Of a DNA stretch of 64,000 nt, positions 26,165 through 40,984 are shown piece after piece. The stretch's first letter is position 1, and each line of letters starts with the position of its first letter. The DNA is from Callorhinchus milii (lineage: Eukaryota), in assembly GCF_018977255.1 (NCBI RefSeq), contig NW_024704742.1, positions 39,992,001 through 40,056,000 on the forward strand, in the 5' to 3' direction. The notes beneath the pieces were generated by a model. It was given only the letters and a program-made list of their open reading frames with translations. It made no database searches and had not been told where the DNA came from. The position numbers were made by a program, and so were the translations under genes.

Positions 26165-26830
26165 AGGGGGGCATAAATTAGCTGATTTGGCAGAGAAATG
26201 GGAAATTAAATTTAATTGGACAAATGTGAAGTTATACATTTTGGGAGGAAAAACTAAAAATGCTAAATTTATATAAATCATTAGCTAAACTACAGTTAGA
26301 ATATGGTGTCCAGTATTGGTCATCCAACTTTAGGAAAGAGGTCAAAGCAACAGAGGTGGTACAAAAGAGATTTACTCAGATGATACCAGGGTTGAGTGGT
26401 TTGGCCTATGAGCGGAGACTGGAGGAACTGGGACTTTTTCAACTGGAGCAAAGAAGGTTGAGGGGTAACCTGATAGAAGTCTTTAAAATTATGAGGGATT
26501 TTGATAGAGTCAATAGGGAGAAATTATTTCCACTGGTGGGTGAGTCATTAACTAGAAGGTATCAATTTAAGACAGTGAATAAACAAGCAAATGGGGAGGT
26601 TAAGAAAATAATTACACAGAGTAGTTGCATATGGAATGTCCTTCTGGGAGCGGTGGTTGAGGCAGAATTCATTTGGACTTCAAAAAGGGAAATACATATC
26701 TTAAAAAGAGTCAGCTACAGCAGTACGGTGAAAGGTCAGGTGACGCGACTGAAGGAATTGCTCTTGAGGGAGCCAGCAGAGTCACGATGGGCCAAGCGGT
26801 CTTCTTCTGTGCCGTAAATTTCTATGAATC
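26165..26830 (+). mobile_element. CR1 LINE 3' fragment (explains ORF 26260-26817)
   Basis: LNLYKSLAKLQLEYGVQYWS..FRKEV..VQKRFTQMIPGL..YERRLEELGLFQLEQRRLRGNLIEVFKIM..DRV is the CR1 ORF2 C-terminus. Confidence 0.92.
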
Positions 26831-26834
26831 TATT

Positions 26835-27120
26835 ACTGTGTTTGTAGGCAAACCCTGCAGCCAATTTGCGAAATGTCCCATAAACAGCCATGAAGTGAAT
26901 GACCAATGTATTTAGAGAGATGGTGGCTAGGACACTGAGGAAAATTTTTAACGTTCACCTGAATAGACAAGCCTTTGATTTAATGTCTCATGTGAACAAT
27001 GATGCAGCAATTCCCCAGCACTGTAGCCCAGGCTATGAGCCTAAAGTCTGCACCTGGGGGTTTGAACTCAAAACTTTCTGACTCAGAAGTGAGAGTGCTA
27101 ACCAATGAACCAGGCTGACA
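26835..27120 (-). mobile_element. Old DeuSINE
   Basis: Deu core ATGTCCCATAAACAGC and tRNA-like head TTCTGACTCAGAAGTGAGAGTGCTAACCAATGAACCAGGCTGAC on +. Confidence 0.75.
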
Positions 27121-29334
27121 CTTATTTGCTAAGAGAATTAAATACCGTATGTATCCACTACCTACTCCGGTCACAATAGTAGTCCAACCCAATTCAATTC
27201 CTGGAGCCCCCCGCCCCCACCCCCCCAAAAAAATGCCTTAGATTAAATCATGGAAGACTATTATACCAGAAAATAGAATCACACCAAACTGCTCCAGGCA
27301 CTGCGTAAGTTATGTAACCACAATACATAAAACAGTATTTTACAAATGTAGAACATTGTTAAAATTAAAATAAATCATATATAAATCACCAGGTTTGAAT
27401 ATTCTTACATGCAAAACATGTAATTTCTATTGATTAATGAACAGCTAAAGAAACTTGCATATTATTTCTCTGGCATTTTTTCCATCAGTAATTATTTTTA
27501 TCAATTTCATGTAGATGATAATGTATCTTATAAGCAAAATAATTTGACAGATTTTAAATTTCCAGTGCAAAATATACATCCCCAGACAGTGTATCCACTG
27601 TGATTGACTACCGAACAACCTCCGCCTATCTCCTCACCCAACTAACTACAAATAATTATAGTATTTTACATCTTTTCCTGCTGGATGCTTCAGTTTGTGC
27701 TACAGAATAAGGAGATTCCACAGTAGCTAACAGAGACATCACCACAAATCAAATGTGCTTTACCACGAGTTGAAGAAAAGCCTATTTGACTGTAATGATA
27801 CTGCCAGACTACCCCACATCAGGTGGTTACTCACAGTTAATGATCTGTGACATACCACACAAGAAGTTATAAAAAGACTTATTATATACAGCACGTGCAA
27901 CAACATTTCTTTCTGGATGGCTAAATGAATGAAGACATTGAATGTTACTGTAAATATGAATCAAAAGAAAACTTACAAGAAACGTGTTTTCTTTGAGTAA
28001 TGCAAATATGAACATTTTTCATTAATACTTAACCTTTTGGTACAGGACAGTAACCACATACAGGACCCAAACCAACAGAGGGATTATTTTCTAAATGCCT
28101 TAATCTACCAATAATCTATAAATTGCAAAAACAAAATTAGGACACCGAGGGAACAATGGTGTAGCTGGAGATCTGACCAGTAAATCAAGGGGAAAAGCTG
28201 TCAGATTGTAATTTTTTTTGCATTCAGTAATACATATATAGTACTATACAAAATAAATAAATATGTTAAGTGTTTATGCTGTTTCATTATATAATGAAAA
28301 CAGTCACAGTTGGTGCAATGGCAGGTCACATAGCAACTTGAAACAGCAATTGTTTCAAACTAGACGAGGTACAATCGACCTCTGCAGAAAGTACTGTGCT
28401 CAAATTTGTAAGCTATTTATTAAAACATGAAGTGCATTGCTAATACTTGGCCAGCCTGACAAAATTATGCAAACATTGTTACTATAACATAGCAGTAGCA
28501 TAGCAAGTAAAAAAACTACCTAAACTGAACATTGAAAGTTAACGTAAAGACGCTTTTAAATGCAGTATTAGTACACTTGTAAAATGCATATTAGCTTGCA
28601 AACGATAAAAAAAGTAATCTAATATCTGTGCGTTAACTGATTTAACTCCAATATACCCTAAATGCTCAATTTACTGATCATACAAATTTGAATTCGATAC
28701 TTTAAAAACAATTAAACAAAAGGGATTACAATAACCAGAAACATCAAAGTTAAAATTCAGAAAGCTCAGGTGCTAAAGCAGTCATTGAAACTTGTTTTAT
28801 TTCTGGGACGTCCTCCCGTCGTGAAAGGGCTCTATAAATGTAACTTTGTTATTGTTGTTTCGACTTAGCCCAACTGACTAGACCTCATCTTGTTCACCAT
28901 ATCTATTATCGCACAAGTATTCCCATTGGTGCAGTAAATGTGCCCAAAATTTATCATGTGAAATGCTGATATGTACAGTACAACCAAAAAAAAACAACTT
29001 CCACTGAACAACTAACAAAAATTCAGTTGGTTTCTATATCATATTATGTAGTTTTATTAGAGTACAACCCTTAACAGGTCATGAATTAGATCTGTGTCAA
29101 TAAGTGAAAAGGCTATGGTAATTAGTGTTTGACTACATAGATTTTCGTTAAAAAAGACAGGCATCAGAATAAAATGCCATTTTCTCAGATAAAATTCTCT
29201 GCCCTGTGTTCTTTATAGTGAAGTTATGTTGTACAGAAACTCAGCCCATAATACTGCATTTTGTCCACATAAGCAATGACATTCTTTACACATTCTGCCA
29301 TGTGGTTTGCCCAAACCACGTGCTGATGGTACTG

Positions 29335-29625
29335 CTTATTGTCAGGTGGCATGGCCCAGGTCTGACTTCTCATCTGGAACTTCATTCCATCAACTGCCCC
29401 ACCATCGGCAGTCAGGTTTCAGCCTATCATGCTGTACCCATTCTCTGGAATCTCATCGCAGAATCCCTCCTTCCTTCTCATCTTTCAAGATCCATCTCAA
29501 GACCTTCCTCTTTCATCATGCCTTCAGTCATTTTTTCCCCTGTCCGGCTCCCACCTAGTTCAGGTGCCTCAGCTCAGGTACTTGGTACATCCTCCTGACG
29601 TGAAAAGTGGTATATATGCTTTGTG
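29335..29625 (+). mobile_element. L2 LINE 3' fragment
   Basis: PTIGSQ..S..P.LWN and SSFKIHLKTFLFHHAF remnants plus tail. Confidence 0.8.
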
Positions 29626-30294
29626 ATGCCTCAAAGACATGACAAGGTGTGATATCCAATGCAATGATTATTATTATTATAAATGTAAATTTATATTGTA
29701 CTGTATCCCTACCAACTCTTCTTAAAGATTTGCATCATTTTTGTTCCCCTAGTATTTTTCTCACATACATCTTCATTTCTCATTCTGCCTCCTCATCATT
29801 CACAGCTCCATTCTCAATCACTGTCTTTCCTCAGTAGTTTCTAACTATCTTATTGCCATCTTATCCAATGGCTTTTCTTCTGGTGCCCATATATCCAATG
29901 AATTAAAGCTCCATAGCTGAGTGCCTCAGTTCCAAGTTAAGTGCCACATTTCCATTACCCCGATTCTTCCCAAGATCCAAGGGCCACCTCTTAAACTATA
30001 ACTTTAGTCACCCCTAAATTCCTCCCTCTTAGGGGTAAATGTCTGCTATTCACATTGTTTAGCAATTTTTGAGATTTTCTTTTATGGAATATATCGGGCT
30101 TTTTGTCTCACATTGCATTCCTCTGACATTACTGTGTACAAATTCTCAGAAATTGCATCAAATGGGACATATTACCCAGAACAAGATTATAATCTGCCAT
30201 TATGTGGGTCAGATAGCTCAAACAAGATAGTAATCCAGCAGCATGTCGAACAGATTACCCAGGACAATATTATAACCTAGCACCATGTGAATCA

Positions 30295-30565
30295 GAATAT
30301 CCAGAAGAGGATGGCTGAAGGCACTGTCAAAGAGGAAGGCCTTGAGATGGGCCTTGAAGGAGGCAAGGGAGGGGGCAAGGCGGATGGATTCTGGATGGAG
30401 TACCAGAGGGTGGGGGAAGAAAAGCTGAAAGCCTGACTACCAATGGTGGGGTAGGCAGACCAGGGACATGGAGCAGGCCAGTGCCCGCCGAGCTGAGAGA
30501 AAGGACATGTTGGTATGGTGTTAATACGCCGTAGAGGAGCAAGCCCTAGGAAGTGCCTCATGGTT
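30295..30565 (-). mobile_element. L2 LINE fragment
   Basis: PTIGSQAFSFSSPTLWYSI remnant. Confidence 0.8.
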
Positions 30566-31059
30566 AAACTCAATAAAGGAAATCCTGTTTCACTACAACT
30601 ATTGCCAAGCGTAAGTACAACCTGCATCCAATACCAGGTCTTGGAAGCATATCAAGGAAAATAATCTTCAGGTAAAAGATTATTTTATAAAGATGTTACT
30701 TTCTTCTATTTCCAGATGGGAGTACCTTGAAAGATATGATTGCAAATGATGATTATTAACATTTACCACCACTAGATCCAACTCTGAATGGTAGGAAAAT
30801 TATTTTGAGAACCATTATTTGAACTATTTTAACCACAATAACTCAGATTAGACATCAACAATGGTGGCAAATACAAACGACATTGGTGCATCAATTTATA
30901 AAAGTATTTTACTGCAATTTAACTTTAACATGAAGCCTAACCTATTATTTAAATGTAGCATGTTACAAAAAGCTGTACTTTTTAAAAGAAATAAAGATTT
31001 GTTTTGTTTGTTTCATGCAGAAACACGGTAAAACAGAAGATTTTAAATAAAAATCCACA

Positions 31060-31428
31060 TAGGGGGCATCTCAAAACACCTCACGGGATTTTCTGTAAAG
31101 TGCAGTGACTTATTTTGTAGGCAAATGCAGCAGTTCATTTGTGGACAGCAAACAACCATCAAGTGAATGATTATTGGCCAGGACACCATGAGAAACTCCT
31201 TTCACTTTTTGAATGGTGCCATAGGTTTTTAACAGACCAAAGTTCAGCGTCTAATCCACAGAATGATAACTCCAATAATGCAGCACATCCCTAGCAATCT
31301 ATTTGAGTATCAGCATGTGTTATATGAATTCATATTCATATATGAATTCAGCCCCCATTGTGGGGCTTGAACCCACAACCTTCTAACTCAGAGGCAACTG
31401 TGCTACCAAACCAGGCCAGGCTGACACC
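31060..31428 (-). mobile_element. Old DeuSINE
   Basis: GGCCAGGACACCATGAGAAACTCC and head GGGCTTGAACCCACAACCTTCTAACTCAGAGGC on +. Confidence 0.75.
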
Positions 31429-33309
31429 TAAATAAAACACCTGATGATATTAAAAGAGAAAATGACAACTGCAATCTAAAGCAGCAGATATTAACAGATA
31501 TTAAAAAAGGTAAACTAAGCAAATTAAATTTCAAAATCAAATACTGCAGCCCACAGAATTTTGACAGGACAAACCTATTATTGGATTTAGATCATTTTAA
31601 ATAATATATCAAACAGGTTGATTTAGATACTTTCAAAAACAGTTACTATACACAATGAGAAAATCCCACCTTTGCCATGTTTTTAAATTGAAAATCAATG
31701 TATATTGATCATGAAAATAATAAATGATTTCAACACAAAAAGAGTCTGTACAAGGCCACACAGAATTTAGTTCATACAGTAGTAACACTTGCACATACTT
31801 TCCACTTACTACACCACCCAAAGATTTGCAAGAATTACTTTGGTAAATACAGAAATAACAAACATGACATTCTCCAAGAAGTTTGTTATATTGATCAGAT
31901 ACACAAAGGTTACCATAGTCCTAAAAGGAAGCAGTCTCACACAGCTTAAGCTTTGAGCTTAATCTTTGCAGCATCCGTAGCGGAACTGCAACGAATGAAA
32001 AGCAATCTTTAAAAGCTCTCCTGTGGACCGCCCTTAATATTTTTAACATACGCAAAGAAGCAGCACAACTACTGGTTCCTTCTTAACATTAAAATATAGC
32101 CAAGATTCGGTCACCAGTTTTGCAATGCTCTACTCATATCCAGAGCTACATTTTACTTGCACTCAGCCAGACTACAGTAGCAGGATTTATACTATGAACT
32201 TATTCCCCAGAGCAACAATTTATACTTTAAACACCTTACTTCTGGATTCAGTCAGTACACAGCTCACATATTAAATATATTTACACACAGCACAACTACA
32301 AATTACAAAACTCTGACATGAAGCCAACACTTTCAACTGCACTATTGTATCTGCATTCATACAATTAGCCATTATTTATGGCAAATTACCAGAACATTTT
32401 TTGCATACAATCACAAAAACTCATTTTCTTAAACATTTTTGCAATAACTAGCATCTGTTGTGCAATATATGGCACAGTTCAGTAGCTACCTACAATATCA
32501 CCTTTTCCTATCTATCAGTGTTATTCTTGGGCCATCACCACTGAAATATAGTATCCTCTGTAAACATTCACATTCTCTTCCTGCAAAATTTTACTCTCGC
32601 AAATTGTGCACTCATCAGTTCAGCACTTTATGTGAACATTTCTCCATCTACCGAGCATGGCATGTTGCGAACATTTTTCCTTCCTGTTGAAGCCATACAC
32701 TTTCTTTAGGGAATCTGATATCAAATATTCTGGAAACTTGGTGAAAATGCTTAATCTTCTAAGACATTAGAGACAGCCCCATTCATGATCTTTAGTTACC
32801 GCCCAAAATATCACTGATGAAATGACTCAAGCTTCTTTTTTCTGCTGCTATGAAGTTCAAAACAGGGATATACACCAGTGAGCTTTGCTTCACTGTAGCT
32901 CACGCAGTTTAGCTGACAGTATTCTTCTGTTCCTAGACCCCCAACTGCAGTCGCAAGATTTACACGTCTTCTAGCACCAAATTATACTTCAAAAACTGGA
33001 TTCAGTCAGTAGCCAGGATTATCCATAAACAAGGTAAAACTACAAATCATGAATAGCGACTGCAAAACTATATGGAAGACAGGATGCAGCTATTGAATAA
33101 GACAATTTCAATCACAAAGAAGATTTTGACTCCTATAACCAAGTTAAAAATAGATGGCAAATATTCACATGTGAAACAAGATTGATTATATATATATATA
33201 TATATATATAATAGATCAAATGTCAGGGTGTTTGGGAGGGCAAATGCCAAGCAAAATCAGAGGCATTCAATCCAGGGGATTGTTGGATTCCTGAACATTA
33301 GAAAAGACC

Positions 33310-34165
33310 AAATACCTACCTGTAAGGGGAATGTAGATGACCCTGAGAACTATATAATGGTGAATCTATAAAATACACTTTAGAGTAAACCCTGTGGAGC
33401 ACTTTGATACATTCTTCTGGCATTAAAGGCACTATAACAAATGCAAGGATTATAATATATTCTCACATCTGCAGTAGGTAAAATATTAAACGAAATTCTG
33501 AAGGAGAAGAAAATGAAGTACTAACAACATATGGAAATATGATATGAGTCAATGTGCTTTAATAGGAGGTAAATTATGCCTGAAAAATCCGTAAAGGTTT
33601 TGCGAGGAAATGGCAGACCAAGTGCATAAGGGAAAACAGTGAACAGTATATATTTAAGGTTTAGTAAGACCTTTGACATAGCGCCACATAAGATCTTACC
33701 AGACACAAACCAGGAAAGGATCTGAGGTTTTGGTAGTCAGCTCTTTGAAACCATCCATAAAGTGTGTGGCAGGGGCAAGGAAGGCATACAGCTGGAGGAT
33801 AGAGCACAAGACCCAGTATATAATACTGTACTGAATGGTCTCGCCCTACCCACAATCTTGTGGACAATTCTGAAGAAGTTCATTATCCAGTAAGAATATC
33901 CTGGCATTGGAGAGGATACAATGAAAGGCGGCCAAATTGATGTATGGAATTAGGCGCTTGAGCTTTGAGACAGTAAAAGCGACTAATGTTTACATTGGAG
34001 ATTATGGAGTGTGCTGAGTGAAGTTTTCTTGAGTCTAGAGAGTATAGAAAAACTTTTCTCCAATAACATCATTGATAGAATACGGGAAAAGTAGGTTAAA
34101 GGTGGATTGCTCGATCAAAGAGCTACGATGGGCTGAATGGCCTTCTGTGCCATAAATACCTGTGG
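33310..34165 (+). mobile_element. Highly decayed CR1 LINE RT/3' fragments
   Basis: DDPENY, VY..FSKTFDIAPHK.L-like remnants; 3' end GATGGGCTGAATGGCCTTCTGTGC. Confidence 0.6.
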
Positions 34166-34804
34166 TTCTAGAGTTAAGAAGACAACAACAAGGGATCAAG
34201 CTCAGTTGGGGGAAACAAACACATCATTTAACTATTCTCAGTGTGAAACTGTTGTCCAAGAAACCAGCAGGTCTCCCCTTGTCTTGGTTGATTGCACTCT
34301 TGCCTCAGTCAAAAAGCTGAGAGTTCAAATCCCACATCATGACTTTGAACCCAGAGTCTAGGCTAACACTTCAATAGAATGCTGGTGGTGTGCGTAATGA
34401 GAGGTAGAGGGCAATTCAGGAAATCGAACCATCACAGTGGTCTTTTCCAGTTGTACATTTCTATGCCCTGTATTCAATATATCTTCCAAGTAGCTTAGTA
34501 AAGAGAAATAGTATAAAGGAAAACAACTAGTTGAGCCACACAGCCTCAATAAAAATACAACCAAATATCTAGTACATCTTTCATAACCTACAGAATATAA
34601 TCCGAGCGTAGTCATTGAGAAAATTTAAATATTTACCCATTTGGACATACAAAATACATTTATTTTAAATTTAGATATCATGGACAACATGACGACTCAA
34701 ATAATGGAAAGGAGAAGTTATAAACCACCTTTCCCTCAAGAAAAACGTTATACTTTTTACTACATATTGGCATATCCACATCCGTTCTCTGACCAGGAGC
34801 TTTT

Positions 34805-35441
34805 TTTNCCACCTCCGTCACATTGCCCGCCTCCGTCCATATCTCACAGCCAACGCTGCCAACCCAACCCTGCTAAACCCTCATCCACGTCTTCATCACC
34901 TTCTCAGCTGGACTATTCCAATGCCCTCCTCATTGGTCTTCCCAGCTCCACCAATACACAACATTCAATTAATCCTAAACTCCACTGCCCAGATACTCAC
35001 CAACACAAAACTCCGTACCCCCGTATCCCCAGTTATAGTTAGGCACCACTGACTTCCAATTATCGAATGGATCGATTTCAAGATTCTCTCATTCGTTTTC
35101 AAATCCCTCACACCTCCCTATCTATCCGAATTATTTACCCCCTACTCCACCACCTGCTGCCTCCGCTCGGCTAGCTCCAGCCTCCTGTTTGTCCCTCGCC
35201 CCTCCACCATTGGTGGCTGTGCCTTCAGCCAATACAGCCCAAAACTCTGCAATTCTCTCCCTCAGTGCCTTGCCCTCTCCTGACTTTCAAATCCCTCCTA
35301 AAGACCTTCCTTTTTGATCGTGCTTACGGTCATCTCTCCCCTCCCTCTTCCCCTGGCTCGGCGTCAGACTCCACCACTGTCAAGCACTCCGGGATGCTAC
35401 CCCGCATGAAGAACGCTATACAAATGCAAGTTGTTGTTGTT
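34805..35441 (+). mobile_element. L2 LINE 3' fragment
   Basis: SQLDYSNALLIGLPSS, IDFKIL, FKSLLKTFLFDRAY; (GTT)n tail. Confidence 0.9.
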
Positions 35442-38134
35442 CTTGGCATAAAATCTTCAGTTGATTTACTTTCTTAATGCAACTGGTTAGGCATAACGGA
35501 GAGTTAGCCAACCTAACAAAATACGTAGTTCAAATGAAGGTATGAAAAGCTGAGCTACTGTTCCAAAAAGATACCTGCAATAATTCCTTTTCAATCTAAT
35601 AATAATGGATGAAAGTTTAGAGATTTATGAAGTGAAGGAAGTTTATTTATGACTGCTAGTGGATTCATTTATGCTCCTTGAACAAAATAAGTAAAAATAC
35701 ATAAATATTATCTCCTTTTCCTATCCTTGTGGATATGAACTTTATTCCACTACACAGGTTTATAAATAGAACATTTAGAAATAGCTTTACCAAAAGGTGT
35801 CAGTATAAATTGTAAAACTAATGCCTCACAGCCACCAGCAGTGCATACAACTTAAAACATACATTAAGATTTAACCTTTCACCTGGCAATGTATCATTGC
35901 ATCATTTCCTGTGTAGAGATAGCACTCCTGTACTAATCAATCACAGCTAAAGAGAACATACAGTCAACATTCTTAATTAGTCTATCCACTCTCCTCCTCG
36001 CTTCCATTTGTCATGAGCACTGTTTAAAATCGGCATTATTAGTCTTTATTTGGGAGTAGATCTGGTTAACATCTCCATGTCTCACGAGCAAAAATCATTC
36101 ATCCATCTGAAGTACACTGGTGCCTGATAATTCATACCCCTGCATAGAAGTTGCAGATAACCAGAGCCCCCAAACCCACTCGAGTATCATAAATCACAGC
36201 ACACACAGCTCCCATGCAACCTGGGTTAATTTTTGTTTACAATAAATCTACTGAGAAAGTTGGTTTGACACTTAAGGAGTCTGGTTTCAGATCCAATGAT
36301 GGGAAAAGCAAAGAAATCTGACACAAACTCCAACTAAGCTAAGTGTTTTGCCTTAGGGATCTGTGCAGACTGGATAGTATTAAGAGACTAAAACAACTTT
36401 ATAAAAAGGACTGACTGCAAGACAAATCAAAAAATTTAAGCAACTTACTCCACATCCATCCAAATATGGCCAAGTGATAACAAGCTTGATTTTATTCTTC
36501 TGAACAAACTAATCTTAAATAAACTTAGTGGTACCATTTCAATTACACAATCAGATCATTATGAAGTTTTCAAGCATTAAATAAAATACAGTTTGAAATT
36601 ACCAAACATACAGATGTGCTCAGGCCTTTTCAGCAAACATAACAACCGCAGCAAATTCAGGAACCTCTTGTACAGTGGCCTACAAAAATACTGTAACTAT
36701 ATATTCTTTTCCTAAACAGTGCATACCAATTAAACCTTTTTTCTCTTCTGGCTTGTTTAAACATTCCAAGGCAGTATAAACATAAATGGCGCTAAACAAA
36801 TGCTAAATCTCACTTTGTTAACCAACAAATGTGTGCACGGTGTCAACAAAATATTTAATTTTGCCTTTGTTTAAAAGCATCAAATATAATTTTTATGGGG
36901 AAAAAACATATTTTGACTTCCAAGCATTTTCTTAAAATGACTTAAATAAATGAAATAGAATTGTTGAATCAATCTGAAGTTTTGCTTATCTAAATAAGGA
37001 AATCAGCAGCATGTCCCACTTCCCCCAACAGTATGTTTCAATAGCTGAGAATTCAAAACGAAAATCGGTTTCCAAAGGCTGCCTGGACCAATATTACCAT
37101 TCTGTTGTATCCGGTTAAAGCAAAGCATAATAAATACATTTTAAGCACCGATGCTCAATTTCCAAATGATTAATTAAAGGGACAGTACTTTGGAAGCACA
37201 CTCCATTAAGTGAACCTGCATTAAAATAGGGTTCTATTGTATTTTGTGCGGAACTCTTTCTGGTTCCCAGTTATCTTGTTGTCTGCTGATGAAACACAGT
37301 CTGAGGAGAATGCTCACTAATACCACTACAATTATTCTGTATCCTTATTCAGATCGGTGGATAGAATGGCATGTCACAGAATATCTGTTCCAAAACTGCT
37401 TCCAGCCACCATGAAGAACAGCAGCTAGAGGAAACTGACAAGACACCGATCAGCATATAGATCATTACGTTTAACCTTTAGATCGTCTTGGAAGTAATCC
37501 TGGCTCAGAGACTAAGTCTAGTTAAATGCATGGTGATACCCACTGGATCAGTAGAAGGAAATGTAGGTATAATTGCCCTAAAACAAAATTGACTATAATT
37601 ACTTGTAATATAATAACGAGAATGTTTTCTAAATACACAAGATACTTTTTCATTCATAGACATCTTTATCATCAAGTTGTTTGGAAAGGAGCCAGGACTA
37701 TTTCACTGGAAGAAGGATTATATTCACATAGATTAACACTTCAGTTGCATTTTCCATCAAAAACCAATAGCTTTATTAGCTTTTGCTCTTTCCTTCAGAT
37801 GAATAATATATTCTTGGCTCACTTCATGTTTTAACATCACTATACCACCAACAAAACAGTACTAGCAAAATATTCAAATCTAGTTAAGGCTAACTTTAGC
37901 GTAATGTTACAGCTTAGCAACAGTGGCCGCTCATCAGTGAGGTAAGTGAGAAACTGCCTCACCTGAAATTTCAGGAGCATGGGAGCAAAGCAGTGCTGGC
38001 ACAGGAGCACAAACAATTTCTCCTAAGTTTTCCTTTCACTATTCTTGTGACTAGATGATACCATGATCCCTAGATACTGACTTCCCCACCTGTGGAAACA
38101 ACTTCTCCCTATTTACCCTAACAATTGGATAAGT

Positions 38135-38372
38135 CAGTACAAATTGGCTCAAATAAATTGCATATAGAAAATTACATTGCATTTTGCATCCAACTGGAAA
38201 TGTTCCATTTTCAAAGGATGAAAAGGTGATACAGTCATTTATTGAGATATATTAAATGAGGAGCTATTTAAATGGTATAGGGAGGGAGCTTAAGTGGCTT
38301 ATGGGGAGAAAAAACACCAGCATAGATTGATAAACTGAATAGTCTGCTTCTACACTGTATTCTATGATTCTA
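38135..38372 (+). mobile_element. CR1 3' remnant
   Basis: CR1-type 3' end ...CTGAATAGTCTGCTTCTACACTGTATTCTATGATTCTA. Confidence 0.55.
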
Positions 38373-39215
38373 GAAATATAGAATGAGCTCTAAGGATCAC
38401 CCTAAACCCATGTCAGATGAAGTTGGCCTGATTGACAATTGATCAGCTTGGAGATCATTAACTTTCCTTGCCAAAAAACCAAAGCAACAAACAAGAAGAT
38501 TTTCAATGTTGTAAATTGAAAGTCACATGAACGCAACAGATTCTATGTAGACAATGAAAGTTGTGGAGACTATTCTTCCAGAATTCACACACAAAACAGG
38601 AGAATGTTGGAACAAAATTATGAACTGTCTGCATTGCTGACAATGACAATTTCTCATTTATAAACAAAAGCTTTCCATTGCCAGACAGTTATATTTCACT
38701 TCAGTAAGTCAAGTAGGAAATGCCCTTTTGAAGTTGGTGTTAAAGTAAAAAATGTTTGGGTCCTCATTATACAAAGTTTACATCACATATCATAATATAG
38801 CTGATATAGGAATTTTGAAAACTGATAACAAATCTGACAAAACGTGAGCGAAAAGGAAAGCAATTCTACATTCCTTCCCCACTCATTAATCTACTATGAA
38901 GGGGATAACGGTTCAACAAAAATATTGTAAAGCATATAATGCCAAAACAACCAACAATTTATATTTATTCTGCTCATCTAAATTCATACACTTAAACACA
39001 TCTGCCTGCAAAGCATTGTTTTCTTTCTTCACTTTTTTTTGATCAGTCTCGAGTCTGACACACATGGAAAACCCATCATCATGTTTAAGAATATCCAAAC
39101 CAGGAAGAGTTTCACATACACATGTTACATATCCATGGAAATTTCCCTTTTCTTACAGTTAAACATTTAAGAGGTAATATAGATCTGATTATTTATATAA
39201 AGTTATAGTCCTTAC

Positions 39216-39345
39216 TTTTATTTCCAACTAATCCGACCACAGGGTGTTGATTAGATTCCTCATTTACTTTCTTCACTGCAGCATACCAATCTTCCAGGTT
39301 TTCAAAACTCTGGTAATTTGTGATATCATACACCAGTAAGACACC
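39216..39345 (-). CDS. RAB28: RAB28 coding exon 4 ([44 protein letters not shown]), 130 nt
   Basis: Translated by hand (not in the ORF track); acceptor ttatctcccccttag|GGT, donor AAA|GTAAGG; YDIT motif and first half of G4 NKxD. Confidence 0.97.
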
Positions 39346-40009
39346 CTAAGGGGGAGATAAAAACAAGACAGAGCATCATTCACTTGAACAAATAAATACC
39401 TACCATTAGCTTTGGGCAGAGAAAGGGTATTTATTCATTCATCAAGTGCCAGATACTAGCATTATAAAATTATGTGGTATCAATGAAGCTAAGACACGAA
39501 TATCCAGCTCCTAAATAAATGGGTCTCAGATGACATGCTGGAGAATGGTAACCAGAATCAACAGCTGCTTAGATCCCATGTTAATTACTGTAATTTGAAT
39601 TTTCAGTCCAAACTAAAACAGTCACTGAAATGCATCTTTCATTGAATTAGCCACAGAAATGTAACCTGATGCATTCTTGCATTAGCAATTTCTTATATTC
39701 CACAAGAAAATAAAAGGTGAATCTTATGAGGATGAACAAGAAGATTAAGGGAAAACTGATCTGGTAAACCCTTGTGTTTCGGATCAATAAAATCCCACCC
39801 AAACTAATAAAGTCCCACACTTGAAGCAAAGCAGGAAATTATGTCAGTGGCAACTTAATAACATGGAACTCAGCCATTTTATTGAAAAGCAGAGTGAATG
39901 GGTTCCATAGTGCAACTGTATTATAACCAAATGTGTGCTATAAAGACATGTATACAAGCAGAGATGAACCATAATAGGGATAAAAAAAACAATAACTTGC
40001 ACCTAATAT

Positions 40010-40682
40010 CTAGCAACTAAGAAGGCGAACGGCATGTTAGTGTTCATTGCAAAAGGTTTAGAGTACAAGAGTAGGGAAGTCTTGCTGCAACTGTATAGGG
40101 CCTTGGTGAGACCTCACCTGGAGTATTGTGTGCAGTTTTGATCTCCTTATTTAAAAAAGGACATACTTGCCCTAGAGGGGGTGCAGCGTAGATTCACTCG
40201 GTTAGTTCCTGGGATGAGGGGACTGACCTATGAGGATAGGCTGAATAAACTAGGGCTGTATTCTCTAGAGTACAGAAGAATAAGGGGAGATCTTATTGAA
40301 ACATGTAAGATTCTTAAAGGGCTGATAAAGTAGACACTGAGGGTCTGTTTCCCCGGTAGGAGAATCTATAACCAGGGGTCACAGTCTTAATATTAAGGGT
40401 CAGCCTTTTCGAATAGAGTTGAGGAAACATTTCTTCACTCAGAGGGTAGTGAATTTATGGATTTCCCTTCTCCCGAAGACTGTAGATGCTCAGTCCTTGA
40501 ACATTTTTAAGGCTGAGATTGATAAATTTTTAAAAAATAGAGGGATTAGAGGATATGGGGATAGGGCAGGTAATTAGAGTTAAGTCAGAAGATCAGCCAT
40601 GATCTTATCGAATGGCGGGGCACAGGCTCGAGGAGCCGAATGGCCTACTCCTGCTCCTAATTCTTATGTTCTTATGTTCTTA
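40010..40682 (+). mobile_element. Young CR1 LINE 3' fragment
   Basis: [62 protein letters not shown]; tail CCTACTCCTGCTCCTAATTCTTATGTTCTTATGTTCT. Confidence 0.93.
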
Positions 40683-40984
40683 TATCACGCCCTTCATGCA
40701 GGATAATGAACATCTTTGCAAGAGCAAGAGGAGTGTTCTGGTCCTTATCTTGGGAGTCCCTCCGACTCACTCACTGTCCATCCAGTAATGTGAATCACTT
40801 TGAGATGTTCTCCCGAAATGAAGGACAACGCCTATATAAATTAAAATTGTGTATATTGTATCGGAGAGAGGGAGGAGATGAGAAATTGAGATAAGAGTTT
40901 GTACTACAAGGATGTAAACAGTAGTATCCCCTCTCCCTCCCATACTCCAGCAGTCATTGCTCTTCACATTTTATGTGTATATAT

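Noticed and set aside
26260..26817. 185-aa ORF as a host gene
   Set aside because: It is the CR1 ORF2 C-terminus, truncated and followed by a CR1 3' end
31318..31350. Palindrome ATATGAATTCATAT with local duplication
   Set aside because: Short AT-rich slippage inside an old SINE; expected by chance
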